From Hyphochytrium catenoides (Eukaryota > Protista > Hyphochytriomycota): a stretch of DNA of 64,000 bases. Location: contig FLMG01003337.1 in NCBI GenBank assembly GCA_900088475.1, forward strand, positions 82,091 to 146,090, in the 5' to 3' direction. The translations under genes and the position numbers were made by a program. A model generated the notes under the pieces. It saw nothing but the letters and a program-made list of their open reading frames with translations. It was not told the origin of the DNA and made no database searches. Numbering within the stretch: position 1 is the first letter of the stretch; each line of letters begins with the position of its first letter. This document shows, piece by piece, positions 1-14,387 of this stretch.

Positions 1-7
1 TTTTTAG

Positions 8-546
8 GCGAGAGAGAATACTCCTGGTGGATCCCAAAGGTGCTGGATATAGAAAAGATGAGGAAAGGTGCCAGTTATCTGCTTGGTGCACATGACTTCT
101 CCGCCTTCAGAGGTTCCCATTGCCAAGCTATGACCCCCTTTACTACTGTCACCGATATTCACATTTCCGAGTCACCAAGTCTCTTCCACCCTCTCCGTCC
201 GGACTTGCAAAGCTTGAGGGACGGTAACAATAGTGCAAACAAATCACAAGGACTTCTCTGGGCAGAGTTATACCAGCCGCGCGTCATTACGGTGCGCATC
301 TCAGCTCGCAGATTCCTTTACCATATGGTTAGGAATATCGTTGGGACTCTCTATGAAGTAGGGATCGGGAAAAGGGATCCAGAAGAAGTGGAAGAATTGC
401 TGGCAAAAAAAGACCGCAGCACCGCGGGGGCTACGGCACCTCCTCAAGGTCTATTCCTTGCCCATGTGCACTATCCAGACGATGAAGATTTGATGAGGTT
501 GACCATAAAACAAGACCCACCGCAGAAGCGAGCAGCTTTACCATAG
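8..546 (+). CDS. tRNA pseudouridine synthase, TruA family (final exon; gene starts upstream of the window)
   Basis: Acceptor tttttag at 1-7, then an open frame with TruA C-terminal motifs LLGAHDFSAF, ARRFLYHMVRNIVG and GATAPPQGLFL; stop TAG at 546. Confidence 0.93.
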
Positions 547-2703
547 AACTTCTGGCACACGATCTGGTAGCATTCCTCAGTGGGGAAGGCATGTTGAAGA
601 TTTTTATCAGTCTCGATGTTTCTATCCTATCTCCCACTTTGCCTACAGAGGTCCCATCTGACACTGGCTTCGTTTCGGCAACAAAACTCTGTCTCATATT
701 CAAGCTCTTCCACTACTCCCTGCCTATTCTCCTCAGGATGGCTTCTATCCCGTCCTAAACTGAGCACCGTTATTGTGGAACGATCATACCCTTAGCAGTG
801 CCATCCCTAACGAAATAGGACTGACACGAGGATGCCCGGCGGTTGCAACTGCCTCGGTTCGCTACGCCAAGTGGCGGGAGACTCTGCAAGGAGTTGATGC
901 TAAGTATATATATATATGTTCAGAGCTGGCGTTGTGCTGCACATCTGGTCCTGCTTCACTGGACGCCCTTCGAGCGCCTGGTATGCCATTTCATTAGAGT
1001 CGGGTGCTTAGTGATGCCCCACGGGTCAACTCCTTACTCTCTCCGGTTTGGTCAAGTGTGGGTTGATCGTGGCGGCTATCGTCCGCAGCTCTTTCCTATC
1101 TGCATGTATTCTACATTTTCTTGTGGCCCTTTACTAACCTCCACTCTAGGGGACTGTATGAGAGGGATTGCAGCGCCTAAAAGCAGCCCTAGAGAATTGA
1201 TGAAGTAGAGCATTGAGTCAAAGATGTCAGTATTTGCGTTCAAGCTATAAAGGTTCTTTGGCAGCCAAGTACTCTCGCTTGTGATATTATACTCGTAGCT
1301 CTGATAGCCCCCAATGCCTTTTTTGCCCAGGGGTGTGGGAAAGAGGTGGTGTGTCGGGCTAGGTTGGTGTGCCGGACTAATGCTTGTGACTCTTTAGCGG
1401 AATGTCGCGGTGCCTTGCGGACCCCTCTGCTCCCCGACCAACTCTAACCCGTCAACTCACTCTGTGAATCGCTAGATGGCGGTGAAACTTCTCACCATGT
1501 GGCCGGGGCCCGGCTAATCGGGAAGTTGCCTCAATGCCCGCTAGCAAAGACTGCCGCTTACCTCATCTATTTTCAGTTACTTGCTATCCTCGGAGCGCAC
1601 TTAAACAATAGGATAGCGTGACAGCATTCACCCTCCTTTTCCTCCTAACAACGTACCTCAACATGTGATAGGTCAATGGCTTTGGGAATGAGATGTCTGC
1701 AGATGAGAGCAGCTTTACTCTCCTCTCACTGTGTGAATGGAGGGGAAATGGCGTCTTGTGAATAGAAGGTCGTGCAAATCCGTGTAGGGTCTCCTGTTAT
1801 TGTCGCCATAAAAGGGGGAGAGTTTTCTACGCCTACTATAGTTACCTCTGTCTAACCCTACCAGCTATAAGCCGTATCGTAGATCACTTGACAAACCTAG
1901 GAATGACTTGTATCCATTGACATACTTGGTAAGTATGACATACGCTCCCAGTAATAACACTGTCCGCTTCCTCAACTTTCCCGCCAAAAGCGCTGGCTCG
2001 AACTTCCACTAGACCAACAGAAAAGCGCTTCCCCCATCTCGTAGAAGATGCTTCTGAAAGCTTCGTTTCTTACATCCTGAGGCTTTCCGCTGCAACAATC
2101 AACATACTCAACATGCTGCGTGGCCTTCTGAAATATTCCCAATAGTCTGGAAAGATACAAAGGGCGGGAAAAAGCGATGGCAGAAAGTGATGGCTTCCTT
2201 CCAATTTCCCTTCACCATCAAAATAGCGGCCGAACAGCGAAACTGTTTCTCTATTCGACTGCGAGATAAATCTGCATCTCTCTCGCGTCTCCATCTCAAT
2301 CTTCCAGACTATCGATTCTTGTCTCCACGGCCGTCGCGGAGGAGTTAGTGGTGCTGGACAACTCCCGTACTGAGCAGAAAGCCGACGTCAAAGGACGCGG
2401 TGATCGAGGACTTTTAGGGCTCTCAAGAGTCAGGGTTAGATACCAGGTGCCGTCTCACGGGCCGCAGATGTTTGTTTGTACCAAGAAACAAGAGTCATCA
2501 CACTAATGCTGCCAGGCATAGGATCTTCGAACGCTTACAACAGTGCCAGATCCTCTCGGGTATGTGTATTGTGATACAGCAGCCGTCCCTGAAAGTGTCC
2601 ACTTGTACGCTCGCCTGACTACTCTCACTCACAACCTGCTTTCCGTCATCCTTGCTCTTCGCTCTCTGAATATTTATAATAGAGGAGAACTCCGACCCCA
2701 CGA

Positions 2704-5700
2704 ATGCAGTCCTACAATGCAACAAGAAAAGCTCCTCTTGCTCTTCGACGACCTCTGGAGCAGGACCTTCAAATGTATCCTGTCATTCTAGTTCCTTCAT
2801 CAACGCAGGATATGAGTTCAGGGTCACCATCGCATCCCAAAGAACAGGAAAGGACACCGCCAAAGATACCAGAAACACCTTCTCTTCAGCGTGTAGCATC
2901 CAATGCCATAGCGCATGATGAGGCCAGCTGCTCAACACCCTCACCTTTGCCGGAAGACCCTCCTTCTGCCACTCCTGGAAGTGACTTTGCCATCAAGAGG
3001 AAGACAAGCAAGATTTCCAGCATGCAAACGCCTCCTCCTATTGACGTGAGCGAGGATGATTATTCGAAGCGCTTAATGAGGATATTATCCTCATTGCCAG
3101 CAAGTCAGCCGTCAACAGATGGTCTACTGACAGCATCTAACCCTCCATCTCTCCTGCTCTCCCTCCTGGAAGAGAGGATCAAAGATACTGTTGTCGAGAT
3201 GCGGCAACTTAAAGCTGCTAATGCGCAGCTAGAACAGGATTTCTATCAGATCGGCAAGGATCTTGAAGGCTACCGCTACAGTAACTCATCTCACAAGAGG
3301 GCTATCAAGGAATCAATGTAAGAGATGATCATCGGAGCGAAAAAGTGGTAGGCGATGAAGCTATCAAGTTAGAAAGAGAGCTATGTTGGTGACCACACGT
3401 GAAGGACGATTGGCTTTATGTTTTTGACGTGATCTCGCCCCTCTTTTGGTCATTAACTTGCAGGACTATGTCTGCAAAGCTTGCCGCGGAGTTAACGGTG
3501 ACGAAGCAACAGCTAGAGGCAGAAAGCAGGGAGAAACAGCGACTTCTGGATACCTGGAAAGCCGAAACTGAGGACAAGATAGAAAAGATTATGCTTAGCA
3601 AGCTGCTAGCTTTTGAGGTAATTATTGGCAAGTGTGAGACAACAGTACAAATGAGAATGGGAAAACCAGACCCACTATTGACACTTATCCATCATAGGAA
3701 CGCGACATCATCACGTCGCTTGCTCAGCATTGCAGTCAGTCCATTTTAGGGTGCAAAGCTAACAACCTCGGTTCAGGAGATGGGTACGAAGCCAGACTAT
3801 TCATAAGTGACCTGCTTCTTATGCTGGGGAGACTACCTGGAGTTGCTGAGGAACAGTTAGCTGAGGCTTGCTCAGGATCAGACGAGCTGATGTTAAGTCT
3901 CCTATCACACCACAAAGAACAAGTTAGCCACGGCCAAAAACAGCCATTTCTGCCAGCTCTCTCTGGACAGCTCAGAGAGTGGCAGGACACGGAACTAGGC
4001 CCATTACCCGCGAAAGCAGCATCGCAGCTTTTCTTGCTCTCTTCTCTGGCCCTCAAGGAGGCTCTGGGAATCACCTTAAAGGGACGGCTCGACCTGCAAA
4101 CAGCGCTTGCAAAGGAAGAAGAGCCAAAATGTGTGGACGACAGGGACTCGTTGGAGGCCATGCCGGAAGAGATAGCAAAAGAACAAGTTGTTAACAAGTC
4201 AACAGGCAACGACGAGGTTATGGAGGGGATGCATCGAGAACAGAGCGGCCAAGTACTTCAGCCGGTCTCTTCTGAAGGACACGAGCACATCGAGGTGCAA
4301 GGGAACAAGTCAAATGAGGACGAAGAAGACAGTACTCTATTGTCAGCGCTGCTCTTACCAGTCCAAAGAGAGGCAGGGAATGTCACGCAGTCGCCAAGGA
4401 ATGGAAGCGTCGACGACAGAGTGAAAGAGGTGGATCAACAGACAAGGACTGATGAAGACTTGCGCAATGCAGTAGATGGACGGGCTTACAACGCAATAGA
4501 AGAAAGTTCAGCAATTGACAAGAAAGAAGAGACACCGACAGAAGGAGGAGACACCTCAACAACTGCGAGTATATGTTCCCGCGCTCCAATGATAGGGGAG
4601 ACAGATCAAGAGACTGGGCCACAGGAAAGTCTGTTCAACTTTTCCGGCTCATATGTCGTAATGGAGGAAAGGGGCGACAACACGAGCATAACCGAAAAAG
4701 AAGTTTTGACTATCAGCTCCCCCATTCGCCTAGCTGAAGCTGAGGAAGAAGAATATGAGTCCGCGGAACAATCGGAGCCTTCAGTTGCCCTCGACACTAG
4801 CAGGTCTTGCCTCCCAGAAGAGATTGTAAAGCAGCCAACGACAGATAAGGAGCCAGCGCTGCCTGCAAAGGGGCTAGAACACGCAACATCATTATTGAGC
4901 CATGGCAAAGGAAAGGAGGAAGACAAGGAGAACATTTGGGATATAGTAGATAAGGATCCGAAAGATGCTTCGGTCCTCGATGCGCACGAGAGAGAAGAGG
5001 AAGTTCAAGGGTCAACAGAGATACCTGAGGTTGGCAGCACTCCATCCCGCGGTAGAAAGAGGCGCTTATCTCAGACGCCGTATAGAAGTCGAGAAAGGAA
5101 GAGGAACAGATCCTCGAGCACCCCTAGACGAGAAGGAGGCCAAGGAGGGGGAAGAAGGAAACTGCATATAGCCACGCAGCAACTTGCGTCCCCTGACGAC
5201 AGTAACGGAGGACCAGACGAGTCATTCACGTCGAGTTCAAGCCCAGTGGTTGCTGCTACGCCAAAGCTGCAGAGCAAAGGAGCTAAGAATCTCAACAATC
5301 GAGGGCCCAGACCTGCCGCATATCAAGACGCTGACAAGGCAAAGCATGAAGAGACTGCGTCTAGTCTTCCTCACTGCTCTCCCTCTCGGGCGCAGGGACC
5401 ACTTTCTTCCCGCTCACCAATTTTTGCTACCTTACTAATGACAAACTCGATGGCAGAGAAGCGTGACTTGCACTTCGAGCTCCTCTGCGCCTCGCACCCT
5501 CTAGCAGATCCCGCCAAAGACTGGCTTCAAAAGAAGTTTGGAACGTCCTTCAATGACCTATGGGAGGACAGGTACCCTTCGCTGCGCTTCCTTCGACTAT
5601 ATGTTGGTCTTGTCGCTTCTGGGCTACTCCGTACATATTTTCTTCAAACTTACCTTAGTAGAGCATTCGGTCGCTTGCTACCTGTGCTGCGGTTTGTTTC

Positions 5701-7018
5701 TATTCACTATGTTCGTCTTAGGTGTCCCGCTCTATCATTCACCCGTAGTGTGCCCGTTCTTGTGGAGTCGTGGAAGTGGATCCTCTAGTTTCTTCAGAAG
5801 TTTCGGCAACGCCCACTACAGATGGTCCTCCTATTCAGCATGGCTTTCCATTTACTTCTTGTTCGGTTGCTCTTCGATTGATCTACAGAAAACGCTTTAC
5901 AGTGGCTCTGACGCCCGTGAAAGAAGGTGGCAAGATGCTGGCCATTTGTGTTTTCCGCTTGAATGATAATGACGTTGAGCTCATCTTCCTCACGGTCAAA
6001 GACGAGCATAAACAGATGGGATTGGGAAGGTAAGAGGCGAGATGGAGGATTTATCACCTCGACCTTTTGTGCAGTGATCTGTCCTCTAGGGTCCCCCTAT
6101 CTATCCTTTGAAGGCTAGTGCTTACTATGACGTTCGTCCTGCATCTTTCTCGTGATGGCATCCTTCTCGAAATAGGATGCTCTTATGCTTTGTAGCTGAA
6201 GCTACTATCGCAATGAAGAGAAGCAGGCTGCTCATCGACAGCACTACTGCTGCTGAAAAGTACTGGGCCAACCCACGATTGGTGGGTATCTACTTCACGC
6301 TCTATTCTGTTTGGTCTTTGGTCTTTGGTGTGGCGTTGTGAGCTATTGATCTTTTCTCCTTACGGTGGCATTGTCATTTACTCTCTTGCCTTAGTGCGGC
6401 AGCCTCTTCTAGTCTGTTACATGTGTTCATTGATAGTTCATGAGTTTTATCCCGCCCTTTCATTATTACGTCGGCGTTGAGATGTTCTGACGCCTCGTCG
6501 ACTTCTCGTTCTAGCTCGGAGAGAACTTTCCTGCTATCAATCGTGACGCTAGCTGGCCTCACGACGCCTACGGACGACGGTTCACGGGTGCATTTCCTTT
6601 TCTGCACCGACCTATCCCTAGACAGAGCAGGGAATACATAAGGGAAGCGCTTCTTCGCCTCAAGCCAGGAATTGGGTTAGCTGCCTAGGACTGGGAATAA
6701 GAGCCTTCGTCTCCTCGACTCTGTCCTTCAGGACCTTTCTTCCCTGTAACCTCTTTTAGCTCACTCTTTCTTCTGTCCCTCATTCCTACTTATTGTACGC
6801 CCGCAATTGATATTTATTTGAGACTAATAAGGTACAATGACTTTTTTTTCGTCAAAGAGAAGGAGTCCGCCAGCATAGATGAACGGACGCGTCCCGGTCC
6901 AGATACTTTCTACTTTCGTCAAACACTAGAGGATCCCTCAGGAACATCTTTCTCAGAATATTTAGAGTTTCTTCTACTCTCAACTGGCATAGATGCTGAA
7001 GTAGGAAACTCCTCTTAG
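2704..7018 (+). CDS. Large low-complexity/coiled-coil protein with C-terminal GNAT (GCN5-like) acetyltransferase domain; ~8 exons, ~1000 aa
   Basis: Stop-free spliced chain, approximately 2704-3317, 3463-3617, 3698-5571, 5889-6029, 6176-6281, 6515-6579, 6622-6676, 6832-7018. GNAT segment reads MLAICVFRLNDNDVELIFLTVKDEHKQMGLGRMLL...LLIDSTTAAEKYW (motif A-like K-Q-x-G-L-G). The start codon is uncertain. Confidence 0.75.
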
Positions 7019-7047
7019 TCTTGGTCCTACAGCATCCTTCTTATCCA

Positions 7048-10000
7048 CTACTTCTTCTCCTGCTTCGACGCTGAGGCTTTGGCCTTGCCTTCCGCTTTGG
7101 TGCTCTCTTCTCCCTCTCTTCCTCCGCTGCTGCCATCTGTTCCTGCCTTTAGTCTTTGTCTTCTCTCCACCTCCTTCTTATAGCGGGCCAGCTCCTCCCT
7201 GGGAATCGCAGTCAGCATAGTACGTTGGAAGAGAGAGACAATGGATCTATCAGTATGGAACGAGTAGGGACAAAGCCAGAGAGGGGGACCACAAGTAAGA
7301 CGAACAATGCTGGTTGAACTGAGAGCTAATAAATATGGCGGGAGAAAGAACAGAGCGCAGTGACCGCACCAGCCGAAGACAAGGAGGCCTCCAACCCACA
7401 CATGAACACCAAACAGACGATTCATAATGTAGAGGAGAGATTATTCGGAAGAGAGTGCGTACTCTCTCCCGTAGGGACGTGACATCGTGTTGGCTTACTC
7501 TTTCTGCTGAAACATAGCGTCAATCGTCGGCTCAGGGTACCGGTTGCCTTCATCTTCTTCTTTAGCTTCCGGTGCTGGAAGACGGAGGCCAAGGTTTCGG
7601 TTGAGCGGCATGCCATCACCTACCATCTCCTTGCTCAACTTCTTTACCGCGAGCGCGAGAGTCCCACCTACCATAGCTCGTTTTAACCTATTCTCTTATA
7701 GTGGGCTTACCTGTCTCTGTTGGAGGAAAAGTCTCTGCTACAAAAGGGAGCCAAGCCTTCATCCTGTTGTCACTACTCCCCACCTCAGAGATGGACCGCC
7801 CGGCCTTGGGAGGACCAATGTTCTGAAAGGAATCGGAGCCTATTCAATGACCGCAGTAGCCAAGATGAATATTAGAAGCAGCATACCGCAGAGCAACGCA
7901 AACCGACAAAGGTGACCAACTAAGTTGTAGGAGAACGCTGAGGTCAGGAGCTAAGAGTAGACAAAATAACTTAGACCGGAGTGCAGGAGTTGTAAAGCAA
8001 CAGGAAAAAAGAGAACCAAGCTACGCTATCGGGACGCTAAATCAGCAACGGCAAGAAAGATGAGGACCAAATCAGCGAGAGAAAGTGGGACGATTGCACC
8101 TGCAGGTATGAGAAGTGGTTTGCTCATCTCTGCTTCCGCTGTCTTCCTAGCCTCGCCTCTAAAGACATGTGCATTAATGACCCCGCGGAACTGTCAGAAA
8201 GCCAGGCAAAACAATGTCAGAACAGCATGCACGCAAGAAAGGTGTTGATAGCGTTAGTCGATCAGCAGCCGAGTAAGTACAGACCGAATAGCCTGCTTAG
8301 CGAAGATTGGAAAGCACGCTCAAGAATTAGAAGCTGGTCGTAACAGAGGATACGATAGGAGGAATAGTGGAAGCAGGGTAAGGGTCACAACAAGATCATG
8401 AAGTCGTTCTAGGACGATCAGGCTCTCCCTGATAGCTTCGGCTCACATTAGCTACTAGGGTCTTCTCCTTAATGGAGGAAGAGAGAAGGGTGGCGCCCTG
8501 TAGATGACTGATGTACCGCAGTGCCTGATTTAAAGCTTTCCGCTTCGAGCTGTAGAGGGGAAGCAGTAAGTATATACTAATCTGAGCAAGAAGTCTACAT
8601 GAGGGGAATGTGGCAAGCAGTTGTGCGAGGATGCAACAAAGCAAGTGCTACTTCTCAGCGGATGGGAGGGGATAAGGACCAAGGAGTGAATGGTGATGCG
8701 GAAAACTAAGAGATGATAACTAAAGGAGCACTTAGGAGGCGGTAGCGGCAGCCATGGGTTAGCACGAGAACAGGCCTAGAATTGCTTACGTCTCCTGCTC
8801 CTTGAAGACATCGTGTTTATGTGCCAGGATGATCATAGGGATAGGACTGGGATCCACAATCTTTTGGTCTTCATGGCCCTCTCCATACCTTGCCTTCGCC
8901 TTCTGCAGCAGCTTCTCTACCTCTTCTCCTCCTTTCTTTCCTCTGCCTAACTCTCTCACAGCTTCTCCCACTCTCTCTCGGACCAGCGAGAGAGAGCGAA
9001 GAAGTTCAGGAATGGCTTCTCCTGGCTAGTGGAGGGGAAGAGACATCAGATACAGAGAGTAACTTGCTAAGAGACAACTGCGGGCATGAAACACCATAGA
9101 CAAGCAAAACAGAAAGCCTTTCAGAGAGGGAACGCAGAGGAGAAAGGACAGGATTGGAGACTCAAAGGTTCTCGATAATAAAGCGCTGCCTTATGCCATG
9201 GACCTAATAGCTAGTGGTATCTCTGCTTCCTTTTCTTCTCGTCTCTTTCCGGTGTGTCTCTCTCGCTCTTTAGTTCATTGAATGAAGGGATTGAACCAGC
9301 CCAATGCTTGAGTTGAATCTTTGCTCACCTTGGAGAGATCGACGACGATGGCTAAAGTCAGGGAGCAGAGTTTATCGGAGGAAATCGGGATCTTGGTAAG
9401 CTCTGAGATCTTGCTACCACCGGCTGGAAAGGAAAGAGGAGGTGAGAGTCAAGCCGGTCACTCCATGGAACGTGTCAAGGTGTTGGACGTTCTTTAAATC
9501 CATCCATTTGGAGTCGGGCTTAATTCCCATCCCCTTCCTCTCCCTCTCTCTCTGCGAATCTTGGTGCTTTCCCTTGCAGGCGTTGGGTGTGCCACTTACC
9601 GAGTTCCCAGACGTGACAGACATCCTTCACTGCAGCGCCTCCGGAGCCAGACTTCCTCCAGAAAGAGTATTCCAAAGCTACTGTCGGTTTTGGTGCGTCG
9701 TCGCCTAGTGTTAAGGATAGCGTGGTGATGCAATGAGTCAAAGAGCTGCTTATATTAGCGACAAGCTAGTAGAAGGAAGCTATGGACAGAAAAAGCAGAT
9801 TATGGGCTTGATCGGAACTGCAGAAGACGGAACACTATAGAGTCACGCAAGAGCTACAGCGGTAGTTCTCTAAGGCGAATGGACAGTTCAACAGCGAAAG
9901 CAGCTTGGGTTGAGGGAGTAGAGCCACTGACTTTTCGCCGAGGAAAGGAAGTTCTGAATGATCGAAGACTTCCCACTGCCACGAGGCCCAATGAAGAGAA

Positions 10001-10383
10001 TGTTACTCTCAGACGGAGCTCTACCGCTGGATCCTACAATAGCGGGACAGACACTTGTTAGGCCATAGACGTAGATAGAACAGGGGAGAATAAGCCACTA
10101 GGTAAGGCCACTAGGTGTTGCATATGAAGTCTAGCTCTATAAGCGACATGCTCACCCTGGTTGTCCTCAAGTCGTGCCCGGCTTACATCCTCCGCGACCA
10201 TCTGAAGTAGATCCCTAGGCTAAGAAGGGAGGAGTAAGGAGGAATCAAACGTCAGAAGAAGTGTAGGGTAAGTGATCAGCAGCTAGCATTCAGAGCTGGG
10301 TGAGAGAAACATATAGGTCTGGATGAGCTCAACGGAGTTGAAGCCAAGAAAGACCCTACCTCCAATCCCTTGGCCTCCGACAT
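7048..10383 (-). CDS. DYNC2LI1: Cytoplasmic dynein-2 light intermediate chain (IFT dynein), 11 exons
   Basis: Spliced exons give ILFIGPRGSGKSS (P-loop), PKPTVALEYSF, KDVCHVWELAGG, AIVVDLSKPG, IILAHKHDVF, KPLLIPAGSDSF and YPEPTIDAMFQQKEEELARY, all typical of D2LIC. All introns are GT-AG. Confidence 0.92.
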
Positions 10384-12241
10384 CGTTCTTCTGCTCTGCA
10401 CACCCCAGCCCCGGCGCTAAAGGGACCCAGCCAGCTTCCACACTGAGCGCCACTGCAGCCTTTCAACAGCTGCAAGTGACGGTGGATAACCTAGCGCCAC
10501 GGAAGGAGGGGCGATGAAAAGGAGATGTAACCTCGCGGCAGAGGCGCCGCTGGAGTTGCAAGGAAGGAGGAGCAAGCGCCACTTCTGTCACCTTGCTTGG
10601 TACAATTCATAGACAAAACGAAAGGACATGGAAGGGTCTTTAAGTACTTTGGTATGAAATGACCCTAGACAAGGAACTGATGGATTTAAAGCCTCAGGCC
10701 AACAGGCATTGTCATTTCTATACAGTTGTACAGGTTATTTACAGGCAATGACGGAGACCTCGGTCGAAAGATTAGAGCAGCTTCTCACATACACAGCAGA
10801 GCCTCACCAGCAGCAGCAGAGACAGAGAAAGATCTCTTCGAGTCAAGAACATCGGTAGTCACGTCCTCTACAGCTAAGCGTGCGAGAGGCTGCAGACATT
10901 ACTTACTGCATATTGTTATTAGGAGGTGTTACTAATGATGTAGCCGCGTTCACTGCTAGGCAGCACGAGCTTCTCCGATAACGTTGATAGAGCCACAGAT
11001 ATTTGCTTGGTCGGCTGGGCAGAGGCGGGACCTATGTCGTTATTGTTGCAACTCTACATACGCTACTGCCGCATAAAGAGGCGTTCCTCATGGCCTGTGA
11101 CGCCCCAGGCGGGCTATTTATTAGGGGTTTCGCAATAAGTAAGCGGCCGGGTCCCTACATCCACAGACTTTGTTCTGCCATGCCAATACCAGGATGAGGT
11201 CTATGGAACCATAGGGAAGGAGACAAAACACGATTAAGCAGCAGTCAGTAGTCTTCTTGCCTGCAGTTGCACTACCCAGATCCGGCCAAAGCCGACTCGC
11301 TGATACCACTAATACAGCGATCGGAGGAGTGCGGGATCAAGGAAAGGATTAGGTGTTAGAGCCGTGCTGGGAAGAAGTTGATGGAGGGGCGCATGAAAAT
11401 GCATTGAATCAGCTTCCGGTGTGGCTAACTCTTAAGCAGAGCCTAGCTAGTTCTTCAACTCCCCATCGAGCCCCGTGAGGGAGAGTCCAAGAAGGTATTT
11501 GCAGACTTATCACTCTACCTATCTTCAGCGTCAGCACTGGCCAGCCTGAATTTCAAAACTCTCTACGGCCCATAAGCTCATCTAAGAGGAGAGTCATAGA
11601 CGCTAGCTAGCATCACTCAGAGCAGAGACAATGATAACAGGTCCCTTTGAGATCGAAGGGAGAAACCGCAGGTCCCTGTAAAAGCAGAGCTCCCTAACAA
11701 TTAGACAGCGCAAGACAAGAGATCGCAGGCCTGTCGAGCTTGCAAAAGCTTTCTGCCGTGTCCAGCAGCGGCTAAGGGTCTCACATCTCTCATCATCATC
11801 TGCAGATAATTCCTCTGGCGTCTGCTGCAGTCGGTATCTACACGATGGACAGCATTATTTACCAGGAATGGTTTCTGTTTGCGAGGAGGTTGGAGTTGAT
11901 GACTCTAATCGCTAACCGCCCTGCCATTCATAAAGCAAAGAAATACAATAAGGCGGCACCGCTACGCACCTAATCCTCTTCCGCCCCCACACGCTGCCAT
12001 CATTTCCCCAACATCACTTCCTTCCCGGAGCAATTCCTCCACCATCGTAGTGCTTCCTTTTCTTGATAGCCTCATTCACAGCCTTCAGAAGCTCTATTGC
12101 CAAGCTGCACACCGACCTGCCGGCAGGAGGCAAGGCTGTAGCAGAATCCGAGGGTCACTCAGAGTCAGTCGACCCGGTGAATAACTTGCACGCAGCCCAT
12201 GAGCAGCCGCAGCCTTGCTGGCAGCAGGAGTCGTTGGTCTG

Positions 12242-14387
12242 ATGGCCTCAGAGTCTCCGAACTTCGCCCTAGTGGGGAAAGCGGAGAAGGATCACAGTCT
12301 TACCGCTCCTTCTCGCTCGGCCGACGGCAAGGCTCTCGGTGACTCTTTAAGAACGATACAATGGGATGAGCTAGACAAGAAGAAGTACTACTTCTTCGGA
12401 CCCACGCTATTCCTAGGTGTTAGGGCTATTGTCTATCCTTCCAACCTGGTCAAGACGATTCTGCAGGTACTACCGGAGACCCACAGGGTGTATGGCTTCT
12501 TTGTCATCCTCCCCTTGCCTTTATATCAATAAGCAATTCGCTCTTTCTCCAATGACATCGCTCGGCTCCGTGTATATCTCTCTTTGTGTTCCGAGCAGCC
12601 ATCACCTCAAAAACAGCTGTCCTCCTTGCTTGCTTCTATTTGTGACTCTTCTTCATCGACCTGTTGGCGTTCATTCTTTGGTTCTTCATCCAAAATAAGT
12701 CGATCCTGACTGCATTGGGCCTCAACCCACTGTTACATGTCTTCTATGCCCGTCACTTTCGCTGCGCTAGGTGCAACATCCAGGCGACGTTCGCTATCGA
12801 GGGACATTTCATGCATTCAGAGAGATCATTAGACGAGAGGGGTTTTTGGCCTTGTACAAAGGTTTCTGGGCGAACAGTCTGGGCATAGTGTCAGGAAATA
12901 TCTACATTTCATCGTACGAGATTATCAAACACTGGCTCCAACGGAGAGGACATGTGAGTTCTGTTCAGACTTCATCACAGAGCGGTACCCTTCCGTCCGT
13001 CCTTAACTCCTTGTTTCTCTCTCTCTCTCTCTGGCGTCTCTGGTCATGACCTTTGGTCTGTCTATCCTATTCCTTGTCAAACAAGGATAAGGCAACCTCG
13101 AACCTGGTGAGCGGTGCCTTTGCTTCAATGGTCTCACAGACGATCGTAGTCCCTCTGGACATTGTGTCACAAAAATTGATGGTAAGAAGCGCCGCAGCAG
13201 CTACAGGAGGCCTATTCTGAAGCAGAACCAGTGTCTTACTCGACCCTTGTTGCTCCTTATCTTTCTACTACCTAACTCGCGTAAATATCAGGTGCAGAAG
13301 CCCCAGGAGCAGCGGATGACCGGCATTCAGATCACCCGGAACATATTGCGGACAGAGGGCGTCCGCGGTCTCTATCGGTTCGTCTATCTCACCTGCCTTT
13401 AACCTTCAATCTCCAGTCCGTGTTGTCCTTTGCTCCTACCAAAGTTTATATCTTGCCCTTGACCCTTTCTGGCTTCTTTGGGCGATCTCTCCGCTAACTG
13501 CGATTCCTGATTGTGTCGTCCAATTAGGGGTTACTTCGTGTCGATTGCTACCTATGCGCCGAGCTCAGCAATCTGGTGGACCACCTATGAGCTTGCTCTT
13601 CCAGCAGTCTACCGCTCCACCCCCATTCACGATGGTCTGTCTAGTTCTTAATTAGCTTGTCCATTCTTTGGCCTCTCCTTATCTTGTCCTTTGTATATGG
13701 TCATCGAAGTGCTTCATGCATCTGCTGCTCTCAAGAAGTCTTAACATCGGCCTTCTAGTCCTACCTCTCCCTTTCTGGCTTCTCCTCCTGGGAGGGCATT
13801 CACCTATAAACTCTCTTGAAACTCTCTCCCAGACTCAGTCTCTGGTCTTGCTCCCGCTAGCGCCAAGTTTGGCAGTTTTATCATATCAAGTGACGCTTCT
13901 CATTGACTGCTGTTTCCTCCATCTGACGGCTATGTTCCCTGCTAGATACCACGCGTGAAGTAGTCTCCCAAGCTTTCACTGGTGGTATCTCAGGAGTGGT
14001 AGCTGCGGCTTCAACTAACCCATTTGATGTTATTCGAACCCGGACGCAGGTAATTGGAATAGCCTACTACGGTCTCCTGCCTCTGGAAGACTACCTCTCA
14101 CTTTATTGCCTACTCTATAACCTTGCCTCTATATACCTTGCCTGTCGTCTACTCTTATGATCCATTATCTCTTTGTACCTCCTGGTGCACCCTGGTTATT
14201 GCAGGTTGAGGGCACAGGAACTATGGAGACGGTGAGAACTCTACTAAGACAAGAAGGGCTCCGAGGACTATACAGCGGAGTGAGCGCTAGAATGCTTAGT
14301 ATGGGACCTTCTGGGGTCCTGGTCATCTCAACTTATGAGCTTGTGAAGCGATTGTCAAGGAAAGCACCCTCCAACGTGGGCACATAA
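12242..14387 (+). CDS. SLC25A44: Mitochondrial carrier, SLC25A44-like (7 exons)
   Basis: N-terminal IQWDELDKKKYY signature of SLC25A44. Three carrier repeats: YPSNLVKT..EGFLALYKG, VPLDIVSQ..EGVRGLYRG, NPFDVIRT..EGLRGLYSG. Confidence 0.9.

Noticed and set aside
2177-2560. Additional upstream coding exons for the GNAT gene
   Set aside because: Splice-like sites exist, but every frame contains stops before joining the 2704 frame; probably 5' UTR.
10600-11900. Possible retrotransposon or gene relic
   Set aside because: No RT, integrase or gag motif and no LTR, TIR or target-site duplication could be found; kept only as part of the TpA-rich signature.
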